DNA from: Nitrospirales bacterium
Lineage (GTDB): Bacteria; Nitrospirota; Nitrospiria; Nitrospirales; UBA8639
Direction of reading: 5' to 3'
Length of the DNA stretch: 64,000 nucleotides
Assembly (NCBI GenBank): GCA_965203295.1
Contig: CBDBCZ010000017.1
Location: 1,824,001 to 1,888,000, forward strand
Shown here: positions 1-13,817 of the stretch, piece by piece
Numbering within the stretch: position 1 is the first letter of the stretch
How the letters are laid out: each line of letters starts with the position of its first letter
Notes under the pieces: model-generated
The model's input: only the letters and a program-made list of their open reading frames with translations
What the model was told of the DNA's origin: nothing
Database searches by the model: none
Position numbers and translations under genes: made by a program

Positions 1-99
1 TTAACAATCGTATGCCTTTCTCCAAATAGCTTGCTAAAAGTGGTAGTAACAGCCACGATGGTATGAGTTTGGAAAACTCACTGTAGATGCTACAATTTT

Positions 100-335
100 A
101 TGCTTGTAACATGGCCAACTCAAAATCACTCACAATTGCTAATGAAACAAACGTGAGACCCCAATACTAGAGCAGCATCTTTGAGTAACATGAAGACTCT
201 GTTGTATGTCTGCCTCTGTTCGTTAGGCAATAACCAATATGTCATTGAAAGTGTATGGCCGTAGAGCAAAATGTGGATTGTGATTACCTGCAAGAATGTT
301 TTGTAAGAATTGTTTTCATTACAGGTTGCTATCAT
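100..335 (-). pseudogene. MULE (Mutator-like) transposase fragment, degenerate
   Basis: Minus-strand translation YWLLPNEQRQTYNRVFMLLKDAA, followed in a shifted frame by ..DFELAMLQA, resembles the MULE 'LLPxKxxxTYxxxFxxLK...DFExA' signature. Frameshifted. Confidence 0.6.
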
Positions 336-465
336 AAGAGTTGATCACGTGGTAGCTCATCTCATGAAAGTTGATCTTGCGTGTTCACCCCAACTGGATG
401 TGTGGTCTATGAACATAAGCCGCTAAAATTCCTAACCCTGATGGACATGTCATATGCAGCATTAT

Positions 466-1430
<965 letters not shown>

Positions 1431-1435
1431 TCTAT

Positions 1436-2222
1436 TATTACGCCTGGTTGTGTCCGTGTGTCCGTGCGTGCGTCCGTCCGTCCGTGTGTTCGTTCGTGCG
1501 TACGTGTGAAAAACGGAAACGGAAGCCGCATGCGCGCGCTCCCGGATGAACTTTCACCTGTGACCAGCGAAGTTCACGGTCACAGGTCAAAGTACCACGT
1601 GTCTGTATATTAAGTGCGAGAAGATGCTAGCTCTTTCCAGCGACTACAAGCCGTTGTCTTGCGATGTCAGGCACTTTAACACAAAGTTTAGTTTCGGTAT
1701 AGTCCTGTAAGTGAAAGCCAAGCAGAGATATAACTGCTATGCTAGGCTAACCACGTCGATGTGCATTAAATGGAGTCGTTGCCGTTCGCCTGCTGTGGTA
1801 TGGCTTGCCTGTGTGGTTTAGCAGCTGTTTGTAGTCTCTCCTCTGACTCACTGCCTCCGGTGAGCACATTTACTGACATTGAACCTTTCTTACTACTACA
1901 GTGATTATGTATGAACATGCAAGTAGCCATGCTGAGAATACAATCAGTACCATTCACTTACAAGATATATACACTAGGTTATGGCTGTGAAGAGCTAGGC
2001 TGTAGTCCCAGCATGCCTATACTGTTTTACAGTTGATTGTAATCTTCTCTGTAGCATCTCCTCGTTGCAGTCTGCCAGCAACACTACAAGCTAAATGTAC
2101 CCTACAGACTAACAAATCACATGCAGATTACATCTTTAATCTCAATCTGTACAGAGCGAGCGTAGCGAGCGAGTTCAACAAACACAAGTAGTTGTGCAAG
2201 CGAAGCGAGCACAACTACTTGT
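1436..2222 (+). mobile_element. Second HINE-like non-autonomous element
   Basis: (GTCC/GTGC)n-like microsatellite at 1450-1505 and a 3' terminal hairpin acaagtagttgtgc...gcacaactacttgt at 2184-2222. Confidence 0.45.
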
Positions 2223-2814
2223 AATAGTACAAATGTGCATTACTTGTTAATTCAGTTTTCAATCCCTGTCCTTCACCTATTATTCTCGCTTCTATGTATA
2301 CACCTATTATTCCTAAAGAAATTTCCGAATAATGTGTGGTCTATGAACATAAGCCGCTAAAATTCCTAACCCTGATGGACATGTCATATGCAGCATTATA
2401 TAATAGTACAAATGTGCATTACTTGTTAATTCAGTTTTCAATCCCTGTCCTTCTACTCTACTTGCTATCTATGTATGTATAGTTGTTGCTGTCAGTTAAT
2501 TACAGTGTGAACAAGTAGTGAGATTGACAGCATAAGTGAACAAAGCCGACTAGGAAAAGCTGCAAACCACTTTTTTTCGCTCTTGTGGGGAAAGCCTGGC
2601 TGAGATTTGGGAACAGAGACTCGCCAAACACCCAGATGACATATACAGATACATACACATGTATATTATCGCTGTTTTTCAGATGTGCATGGATCCACTA
2701 CATGCATATAAGCAACCTCAAATTTGATCTTACGTGTAGGCCAAGATGCTTTGCTTGTTGAGTTGGAGAAATTATTACTGACGCCTACATTATCAACCTT
2801 GTTTTCAATCTCAG

Positions 2815-2957
2815 GCTCTGAAGCTCAACCACACCGGAGTGAGCGAGATTGAAATCCTCCTGGCTCGAGTGTCAGCTGAGATCATGACTGGCTGCGTCAC
2901 AACAAGCTACATGTACTGGAGGGCACCTGAGATCATGCTGAACTGGAAGTGCTATGG
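2815..2957 (+). pseudogene. p38-type MAP kinase exon remnant, copy 1
   Basis: Translates ..[33 protein letters not shown]|gt, compared with p38 [20 protein letters not shown]. DFG is lost and TGY is degraded. Confidence 0.75.
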
Positions 2958-5900
2958 TTAGTGTCTTGGTAGAGGAGGTCACCAGGGTGGGCCTTTTGTA
3001 ACCAGGGTCTCATTAGTCACATGGCCAGTCAAGTGTTGTGAGTAGTACGTGTACCAATGAGTTGTAAACGTTAGGACAGATTCCCGAAGAGGACCAATGG
3101 GCTTTTTGAGGAGATTTACAAGCCCATTGGGACCTTAGTACTGTCCTCGTTACACCAATAGTTGAAGGCTCAATTTTTGGGAAATATTGTATAACATTAG
3201 CAGGGCTTCTTTCTCCCCCCCTTCCTTCCCAACTGAAGCCTTGCCTTTACTGTCCATAAACTCAATTGCCCTTACTGTCCATAAAAATTGAGTCTTCAAT
3301 TGGTTGGTGCATGGTGCAGCACTGGCAGCTATTCAGTGAAAATTGGCTTAACTCAAATGTCAGTGTGAGTTAAGCCAGGAGTGCATGAACCACCCCAAGC
3401 TCATAAACTCCTGGCTAAGACACTACCTTGTCCACACCCATTAACACATGCCAAATAGGAGTCATAATCATTCACTTTAGTTAATTACAAACCCACAAGC
3501 GTTTTGAGCAAGTGCACATACGTATTTCAGGGTTGTTGCTTTCTATAAATGTCATATGCCCATGCAGCGATAAGCCCAGCAGGCCACACTCATGGCAGCT
3601 AAATGACAGGTAGGAGCGTCTCTCACTGTCATGGCCTCTCACCTGCCATCAGGCCTTCTATAGCGGTCCTTGCAGCAGCAGACAGTCAGAAGTGTGGTCA
3701 GTCTGGGTTTATCACTGCCCAAAGGATTGTCTGCCTCAGTCAACAACCCTCGCTTGCGTTGTTTTGTGCTTAACGGATGGAGTTTTCGCTTAGTGTGTGG
3801 GGATGTAAGTATCGTTGCGTGGGCATTTTTATAGCATGTGATAGGTGGTGCCTGCCCCCTCGCTTTTTCTGCATGGCTACAAGATATAAGTTGGGGTGGG
3901 AACGAGGCTATACTAGCCTAACTCAGGCCAACTTTTAACTCATTGCACGCCGTAATTACGTCACGCGCGTGATGCTCCACGCTATAATTTCTACAACAAT
4001 GGCGTACTAAAAGTTTTAGCTCAGTGTTTGGCTATTTTTATGCTTACCAAGTCAAGTATCCAGCGAATTCGGCGTTGTACTTGTTAGAAGACTATCGGAT
4101 ACAGCCATTGAAGGCAAAAAGGGGGGCGGATTGGATCCAAGAAGGGCTTCAGGAGTGATAACCGGATACACGGTAAGTTCGATACGAAACTGTTGTCTTC
4201 ACGCTCAGGCGGCAAAGAACGATGGTCCTACTGAAGCCCCCGACTCTCCCCTGAACCAGTTACCATCGTATCCGCCAGTGAAGCTGACTACAGAGCCCAA
4301 CTAACTACGTAGCAATGTAGGTAGCCATAGCTAGCCGTCTTGATCGGTTGTATATTTTGCCGTATGTATCCGTTCTATTACAGATTAGATCAACTTTCGG
4401 CACACTTACATCATTATCAGTAATCACTCTATTCAATTTTATGGCTAATAAAGGAAGGGGTTGCCCCTCCTGGCCGTACAGTTAACTTGCCGTTTCTAAA
4501 GCCGCTATAGTGGCTTGTGGCGTAGCGGAAGGATTACATAATATCCAGTTAAGTGGCGTACGGCGTGCAATGAGTTAAAACTGCACACTCTACATGTACA
4601 TCTGGGCCCTGAGGCTGGGCTGTAATCACAATAATTACATTCTGTGTGAATGAATATCTGCACTCGTTCCAAACCCACAAGTGACCTGCTCACAATGGGG
4701 TTACTTAAAGCAGCTCAAGTAGAGGGCGTCATATTCCACACTGCCACTGTTTAATAAAGAATTAATTTTTGGGAGCCCATACTGGTATGGGCTAATGTGA
4801 TAGTGTATCTCATGATACTGGTAGCTCAGGGGCTGGACTCTGACAGTTTCCAGTCAGTATTTCTCTGCATTAAATTTTCAACAAACTGCAGCAGACCCCT
4901 AGAACCGGTACACTATGTCCCCAGGCCTCCCTCCAGCTTTATCACTTCCGCTGGCAGAGGCTGGGGTTCGTTAGAAGGCCTGGGAACAAGGCTAAAGGCA
5001 ACAGTTTTTTTTGTGTGTGTGTGTGTGTGTGTGTGTGCACGCACACGTGTGTCCTGTAGCGTTATTCCATTTCTGCTGTTTGATACCCATTCCCGCTGTG
5101 TTTGTAAGCAACACACCATTTGCACTGCATAGTTCCACAAACATTGCACTGAGCATCAGGTTTGCCATTCTCCACGGCTACAGTATGAGGTGAAATGCCT
5201 CAGTATACGGGTGATGGTAATCTTCCTACTATTCAGTGAAATTTTGTACAGCCACAGGCTACGATAACGTCAGTAACCACTCTACCATTAAAGGGAAGGT
5301 ATCACAGTTGCTTTCATATGTGTCTCTATGAGATTAAACACTCAATACTGGCTAGTAGCCAGAGTGTGCACTAGAGCTGCAGCCTCCCCATAGCGGAGCA
5401 TTATAATGAGACCACAAGTGTTTTGAGCAGTGCTGCCTGTATATTAAGAAGGAGCTGCATAGCCTCATGCCCAGGCTCTTTGCATGGGAGGAAAGTAGAG
5501 CCTGGTACGCACAGTTTGTGCATGCTCAGTTCCCCCAGGATTTCTGGGAATTCGGAATCTAGTAGATACTACAAAATGTAATGTTATCCGTCCATCATCT
5601 TACCACCGTCCGTTGCACTAGAGTAGTTGGCGAGTTACAAGCAAGTGACTTGAATTTCGTGAGTTTTTTCTCAGAATGAAACGCCGTCCTTTTCTCTTTC
5701 GCTGACAGTCCCTCTCCCATTGGCTGCCTTGCCTCCCTCTCCTCTGGGGTACCTACTGCTCCTCTCTATTGTTGTCACACTCTATTCCAGTGGTGCCTGA
5801 CCTCTCTCCCTCGTTGGAGCCTGGTCTCAGTCAGCCTCTGGGGTCTCCTGGTACTTACACTGTTGCCTAGCAAGTACCATAGCAGCAGTAGTATCTCTGG

Positions 5901-6077
5901 GGACTCCTGGTACGTACGCTGTTGGTTTTGGTTCTCTCCATTGCAAGATTCTGACCACTGTACATCAAGACCGATAAATGCTTAGCTCAAATTGAGTACC
6001 ATTTTGAACTTGTTACACAAACTTATCGAATGGGATTGAAAAAAACATCATAACATTCTACCCCCCTTCCTCCCCCT

Positions 6078-6245
6078 AGGACCTAAAGCAAGGAGGAGTG
6101 CGAACTGTTAGATTAAACACATCCCATTCAGACTGTCTGGAGCAACACCCAAGACCAAGACTGACTACTGTCTGAAGGGCACCTGAGGTCGAAGGGCACC
6201 TGAGGTCGTACTGAACTGGATACAGAGTAATCACAAAGGGTTAGG
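6078..6245 (+). pseudogene. p38-type MAP kinase exon remnant, copy 2 (more decayed)
   Basis: ag|gacctaaag... and gaagggcacctgaggtcgtactgaactggatac...ggttagg match copies 1 and 3. Contains an internal 19-bp duplication. Confidence 0.6.
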
Positions 6246-7879
6246 AAACCTTAGTCTAGCTTGCTAGACACTCCCTCTCTCCCCCTCTGAAGAATAAAGG
6301 AAAAGAGAGGGATGGTCTATATAGCAGAACTTGCACGAAATCAGTACTGATTGAGAATCCTACTGGTTGTTGTAAGTCTATCTGCTTTAAGAGACACTGG
6401 GGTCCAGGGGTAGAGAGGACACTAAATTAAATAAAATCTCCAAGTCTTGTAAATTCCATTGGTTGAGGTGTCTGGAGTTACTCTCCAAATACGGTTTGTA
6501 GTCTGGAAAGTAGACCGTTGTGTGTGGACTCTAGACACACACCCACTATACAGCTGCCCTACATTCCTTAACTCATGCCCAAAGTCCTTCCGTCCTGATT
6601 TTTCTCCACAGCTACAGTATGAGGTGAAAGGCCTCGGTATGAGGTGCATCTGAATACTGTTCATTGAGGATTCCATAGTAGGTACAGCTTACAGGCTATG
6701 TGGAAGAACTCTACCATTAAATGCCTATGTACATATGAGTCTCTACTTGCTGACCAAAGCATATAATCATATTCATGTGCCTTAATTGCTAGTAATGAAA
6801 CTTACAAACCCACAAGTGCTTTGAGCAAGTGCTGACTATATAATGAGGCAGCTGCAGCCTGCACACCACTTAATTTCGGGAAATTGTTGTCAACCTTTTT
6901 CGCATATAATTTTTGGGAGGCCTATAATGGGCCTATATCACACTGTACATGTAGCATGTTTGTAGGAGAACATCCCAGCCTCATTTGCCTACCATCTTAC
7001 TCCAGGCTTTATGAGGTCAGCATCAGTTTTTTTCAGAGACTTTGAAAGAACAAAATGGGCTGTGTTGCCACACCACCGATACCAGTTAAGCACTGTAAAG
7101 TATGCTTTTGTCCTGAGACTGAACAGTCTCTCATATGAATGTATTTACATGTACAAGAACTCTAACCATTGAATACTGACCAAGGACAATAAAACAACAG
7201 CTAGGATCTAACAGTAGAATGCGCACCAAAGCTGCAGCCTTCCTGTAGGAGCAAGAACGGGCATAAATAATTAAGCACTCTTAGTTGTCTGTCACAGTGG
7301 CAGTATTCACCCATCTTAATGGAATACCCACCAGTCAGGGTTTCATTATCAAGGGGGGGCAAAAGTGGAATGTTGATGACTTTGGGGGGCGATGTACCAT
7401 GAGGTGTGCTTAGCACACATACTAGGGGGGTCTGGGGGCATGCCCCCCCCCCCCCCCCCCCAGGAACATTTTGACCCTTAAGCCAAGGTTTTTAAGGCAG
7501 TCTCCCCTCAAAGGTTGTAGAGCTACAAAACGTTCTGCAGGCCAGATACCGTAAACCTCTGCATACCTTCCGTATTCATTTCAATGGAATGCTATTAACT
7601 ATACGTGACATCATGCGTTTATTGACGTACACGTGATCGCTTCCAACCTCCTCTGGTTGCACAGATAAAACGTTAATGTTGGAGTGCAGCAAGCCAATCT
7701 CTTGGTAAAAGAAGTGATCAATTGCGATAGAGGGCAGTAGTCCACAGGCTGTGTTGTAGTATCTGACAGTGTTTAGCAATTTCTTGATTGGGGCAGCTAG
7801 CAGTCAAGTAGTGGGTTCCACTTTACACAACTTTTGTAAACTAGCCGTCACGATTTCAGAACACTTGTGTGGTTTCTCT

Positions 7880-8420
7880 AATCCATCCCAGAAACTACTG
7901 AAACCATGTTGCAGTATGCTTTGTGCTGCATAGAAATATAGCATATACCGAATGACTCGTCCCCTATTGACACGTCCTGCTTTCTAAGCTCTCGCTGGTC
8001 ACGTTTCCGCTTCACGTTCTTCACGTCGTCCACCCGCCACACTTTGCCAGTCACTTCAACTGTCTGGTTCAGTGCCACATCGCCTATGTCCGCAACCTTC
8101 ACTTCTCTTGTTGGTGCACTTGCCACTGATGCTTTCCCCAATCTCCATTGTGCATGGAGATGAAATCACCTGTGAGCGATTGTTCAAATAAACCTCAAGA
8201 CTGTAGCTCACAGAACTCTTCTTAACGTTGGTGTTACCACGGACCTCTCTTCTTCGGCCTTCTTCATTGCAGGCTGCAAAGCAGCATCAAAGGACACCAC
8301 CCATCGGACCTTCTTGCCATCTGTAAGTTTCGCGTCGAAATAGTGCACGCCCCTCTTGGTCTGGCTCTCTTTCACTGGAGAGACTTGCAGGGGAACGCCA
8401 TGGACGCACACATCCTTGCC
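7880..8420 (-). pseudogene. Fragmented OB-fold (RPA/SSB-like) ORF, probably transposon cargo
   Basis: Two ORF pieces, VHGVPLQVSPVKES..HYFDAKLTDGKKVRWVVSF and NQTVEVTGKVWRVDDV..LRKQDVSIGDES, resemble tandem OB folds. Broken by frameshifts and stops. Confidence 0.5.
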
Positions 8421-8545
8421 CTCTTCACTCTAGCGCAGTGGGAAATTCGAGTGCTGCAACTGGAGAGACTTGCAGGGGAACGCCATGGACGCACACATCC
8501 TTGCCCTCTTCACTCTAGCGCAGTGGGAAATTCGAGTGCTGCAAC
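8375..8545. repeat. Exact tandem duplication of about 85 bp
   Basis: ctggagagacttgcagggg...gagtgctgcaac occurs twice head-to-tail. Confidence 0.9.
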
Positions 8546-9092
8546 CTTTCACACTTCTGCCTTCACCACGTGGTAGAACCCAGGCAGTCTAGCACGCGCA
8601 GCCATATCACGCATGCACTGACACACGTGTGGCAGCATCTTACACATGCGTACATACACCCTCACTTCAAGCCAAAGGTGCAAATTCTTACCAGTTTCAC
8701 TGTAGATCTAGTCTGTTTCTTCTACCCTACCAACCAGCGGAGCAAAGGTTGAAATAGCCGAGCCAGAATTCGTGGACGCTGTGTCTTATGCTGAAAGTCT
8801 AACAGTGGCTCTACAAAAGGTGACACACCTTGAGGCCAAAGTTTCCCGTATGCAGAAGACCCTAGACATTAAAGAGAGAGAATGTAGAAGGCTGGACAGA
8901 CAAATAAAGGCCCTGAACAAACGCATCTGCTCGGAGAATCGGGAACTTAACGCACTAACACTCACTCAGGCTCGCCCCTCAATGTTGTTTCATTCACTAG
9001 TTTTATGATTAATCTCGTCAGCAGTATAAAATAGTATGGAAATTAAAGCATTGACCTTGGCTATTGCACTTTCCACACCTCCTCCCCTCTCA

Positions 9093-9218
9093 GGACCTAA
9101 AGCCAGGAGTGACTCATCGACTTTGGCCTGGCAAGACCATTGGCTGAGATCATGACTGGCTTCTACTGAAGGGCACCTGAGATCATGCTGAACTGGATAC
9201 ACAGTGATGAGAAAGGTT
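9093..9218 (+). pseudogene. p38-type MAP kinase exon remnant, copy 3
   Basis: cag|GAC CTA AAG CCA (DLKP), IDFGLARPLAEIMTGF and [11 protein letters not shown] motifs lie in shifting frames with deletions. Confidence 0.8.
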
Positions 9219-10553
9219 AGGGAACCCTCCTCTGGAGTGAGGGTCACTAAAGGGATAATTAGCAGGGTTTCGTACTCAGTCTGGATTTATTCAGAGATTG
9301 TGAGGGTCACTAAAGGGATAATTAGCAGGGTTTTGGATTTTTTAGCTGTTTCGCATTGTGCAGCTGCTAACTACTGGAAGCACACCACAAAACTACAAAG
9401 TCAGCACTTTTGTTGTACTGCGTTTGGTTACTTATCTGTGGGGTGCCATAGTTCTACAGCTGCAGTTAGCTTGGCCTGACATGTTTTTGACATGTTTTTT
9501 TTAGCCTTCCTTTTTGGCATAGTGAGGATACTACTAAGGTCCCAGTGGATTGTTAAGTCTTGTAGTGCCTATTGGCATAGGTGTATACCAGCTCCACATT
9601 GCTACCGCTCAGTAAGCTCTGAACTCCAAGACCCTCTCACCTACAGGCTACATTAATAACTCTACCATACTTACTTTAGCCCTGATTAGGAAACTGGGAC
9701 AAACCCATACTCATTAGGATTGTAAGTTTGCTATATTAGCCACGAGCTGCAGCTGGAGGCCTGCCTGTGTGGTGAAGCACACAAGTGATAGCTACTGTAG
9801 CTGTTCGGCTAGCAACTTCTGGTGCTGTACTACACTAACAGGGCTGAATCAGCCGTCTGCGGTTGCAGTAGCAGGCTCTCCAGGTTTTCATGCGAGGTGC
9901 TGTACTTTAGATTCATACCAGGCTTGTTTAGTTCATCCATCTTAGTTGCTAATGGTGAGACTATTACCGCTACAAACCCACATGCGTTTGGAGCAAGTGC
10001 TGCCTATGTAAGGGAGGGAACTACAGGCCATTAGGTGCTTGTCAAGACCATTTGTGGGGGTCTGGGATAGACCTATAGTGCTGTGAAGATGAGAAAGGTA
10101 GTGGCAATCTGTTTACAGCACACTGCGTGAGTGGTTGAAAAGAGCACACAGTGCTGTATTCTTCATACATGGAACTTCTGTAGTTGCACAGTTTTCAAAT
10201 TCTAAACTTGCATGCCAATTGCCTCTTTAGTCTTGAAATTGCATAGTACGCAGGCGCAGTTTATAGATCACGACCTTTCATGACCTTCATGGGATGGCTG
10301 TGATAAACGGTTTAGTGAGGAATTAGTTTACGCAGCTAGAAGGCACTGTGTTCTCTGAAATGGCAGCCGTTGTTGATCAGCTTGTATGCAAACATCAATG
10401 GGTCAGACCCTGCCAGTTAAGCAACAGCAACAGTAGAAGAATGCTACACACTTTAGCAATCAATCTGAAGCTCCACCTTTCAATTGAGAGTGATCTAAGC
10501 AGTATACTTTTTGTAACACTCTTTTATATACAGCAAGAAGCGAGTGGCAGGAC

Positions 10554-10802
<249 letters not shown>

Positions 10803-11836
10803 GTGTATGAAATGTTTCATTGAATTGTATAAAACACAATGAGGGGAGGGTAAATAAGGATATATGTTAAACCAACCAATACCAACTTCTTAACTCCTAG
10901 CAGTGTGTGGTGTTCGTAACAACAACTATGAATATTCATGCACCTTATAATTCAGGCTTTAAAATTTTGAGCAGTGCTGCCTAGACTTGCTCCCATACAG
11001 GCTCTCATCGAGTTTTCATCATTTGAAGTACAAAAAGTGGAGTGAGAGCCTGGAAAATTTGATCATGTGAGACCGTGGTACCGTGACATCGAACCCCTGG
11101 AATGTCAGTAGTGACATAGTGGTTAGAAACAAACCATGGATATCGCCCCTTGCCATCAGTCTAATGGTTACGGTGGCCGTTTTGGCCTCTTTCTGATCCT
11201 TACAACTCTCGCAGGCTCATTCTCGTCATACTTTTCTTCTCCCTCTTGCTTTCGGCTCGAAGTCTCAAGACATGATTCTTAAAACACTAGCTAAGCTACA
11301 GGCTAGCGCTTACATGCTAAAATTGCTCCCACAGTAGCTTTCCGCCACTATCATCCATATGCTGACCCTTTGGTGCTTAAAAGTGTGTTATAGACAGAGA
11401 CAACCGTCTACTGAGAGCTTGTCATAGCTTCAACTGAGTGGGCAATGTGCATATTTATGCGGCTTCACAGTAGGTGTGGTTTTGTGCTTCCTTTAGCTCT
11501 CGCAACCGCCTGTACAACTGCAAAAGGGATGTGGAGGAGCAGCTGAGTCTGCAAAGCATAGCAAGAACACAGAGGCACAGAGACCGCTGAAGTGAAGATA
11601 TCTTTATAATCATAGGAGTTTATGCTGGTGGGGGGGGACTGTTTTGGAATAGCAAGCATCTTTCCAGGGGGGTCTCAGGCACGCCTCCCCCCTTCCCCAC
11701 CACACACACACACACACACAATGACAACTGCCTGAGAGCTGAGAATGAATCTGGTGTGTTTTGCCAGCTTTGCTGACTATCCACAAGTTTGTGTTAAATC
11801 ACAGCATGTTAACAGTGTGTTGTTATGTGACTGTAC

Positions 11837-12704
11837 GTGGCCGTAGCAAGCGGTCCGGCCGGTCCGGTTTTGGCCGGACCAGTTTTCGCAATAGTGTACA
11901 CGTTTTCGGGTTGCGCATGCGCAAAAGTATACGCCTACGTACGTAATGCGTACTGTATGCGATAGTTATTAGTACACGTACACGTACACGTGGCGCAGCT
12001 AGCTATATAGCATCTGCGACTGTAACAGGAAAAATAAGCGAGAGTTGGGGTGAAAACTCGGAGAGAAAAGTCTTCATTTTTCATTTTGATGTCGGACTAG
12101 AGTGTTAAACATTTGTGGTGCACAGAAGCCGTGAACAACGGTGGAGAAAGCAGAAGGTAAACGTAGCGTGTACAAGAGCGATAGAGTCAGCTATATAAAC
12201 GAGCTAACACTCCGGAATAACTTGCAGTAAAGTTCAAGTTGCTTGTAGAATAATAAGCGGGTTCATATGGGATGCCTGGGGCTGAATAGCCACTGAGTTC
12301 TCTGTCAGGAAATGCACAGTCTTCTGCACACGTAGCTACGGATCTGCAACAGCGCCGCTTATATTATAGCTACCTGACGACAACAATGGCACAAGAGCGG
12401 TAGAAAGGACTAGATTTGAAGTCTGTAATATTAATTGTTAGTGAATCAAAACACGGTTGTAGCATTCATTTTTGCTAGGTATTAAAAAGTGTTTACAATA
12501 GGAGGAAAGGGCATAGCTCGTTAGCACTGAGAAGGCCTCACAACGCACCTCAGAGCACCTAAAATCTAAAAAATTTCCGGGGGAGCATGCCCCGAGGCCC
12601 CCCTATAGGGGGTGGCCTAACGACCACCCTATGTGCAGAAATCGCAAATTTTAAGGTCTACGCTCCTTGGCCGAACCACTCCAAAAGTGCTTGCTACGGG
12701 CCTG
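11837..12704. mobile_element. hAT-like MITE
   Basis: Terminal inverted repeat ..ggccgtagcaagc / gcttgctacgggcctg with GC-rich subterminal segments. TSD not clean. Confidence 0.45.
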
Positions 12705-13293
12705 CTGTATACATTGCAACTGCCTCTATATATACCTCGTTTTAATGCAATTACAACATCTTAATGAATTTTGAGTATATGGGGGGGGGGGGGGGGGGGG
12801 CTTCCCCCCAAGTCTGCAAGGTGTCAAGAATAGAATGCACTAGCTGTGTCAATCTTGGTGGGGGGTACTCCTTTGGTGTTTGGGGAATAAAAGACAGCTG
12901 ATATTCATTGAAAGGGGCAGTGGTTTGTGATGCCATAGATAGTATGGTGATGCCACTACCGCAATTTCATCATCTATTACTGACTTGCACTTTGTTTGCT
13001 GGTATAGCTGCATACTTCTGTCATGAATTAATTAAGGCACTGCCTGGTAATAACCATGGGATTTCCCCTCATTATCACATGTTTAGCCTCAGGCCCTGCA
13101 GCCCTGCATGGGAAAATATGATGTTCACATGTCATTGAGTGGTATGAGAGTGTGTGTAGTCATTGACTTAAGTTTACAATTTGTTTGCTGACAGCTGCAT
13201 AGTTTCATCACATACGTACCAAGTGTAGTCTACTATACAAAGGCACACTCCTCCTTTAACAATTAAGACCTGTTTGTAGGTATCCTCAATCTT

Positions 13294-13400
<107 letters not shown>

Positions 13401-13695
13401 ATTCATGGATAAACTTTAATGAGGTATAAAATTGTTGAATTATAACATACAATAGCTATCCCTGTAGCACTTGCAGGTTAAGATGTACATGTACTTCATA
13501 CTTATAAGCATTATTTTAGTAAGCCTATTGTACATGTGCATTTACACTAACTATGACAGCTAAACTTGCCAGTGTAGAAAAGTGATAATTATTAGCAGCT
13601 CCCATTTTACACAGGAATGCCCAATCCCCCGACACTGTCACATGTACACACACACACAGCACAAACTGCCTCCCACTCCAGTTAGCAGTTCAGCA

Positions 13696-13817
13696 TAGTC
13701 TCGTACCCAGACCCTCGAACCACTCTCACCAAAATAAGTTGGGGGAAAGCCTTTTTTTTTCACAGGCAGGTGGGGGGGGGGGGGGGGGGGGGGGGTTCTG
13801 GTCTAGGCATGAGACTA
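13696..13817. mobile_element. Academ-like short MITE (TAG...CTA termini)
   Basis: tagtctcgtacccagacc ... ggtctaggcatgagacta inverted termini. Confidence 0.55.

Noticed and set aside
12781..12800. Poly-G/C runs (also about 7443, 13773 and 62195) as G-quadruplex regulators
   Set aside because: Simple homopolymers associated with repeats; lengths are unreliable and nothing points to a function.
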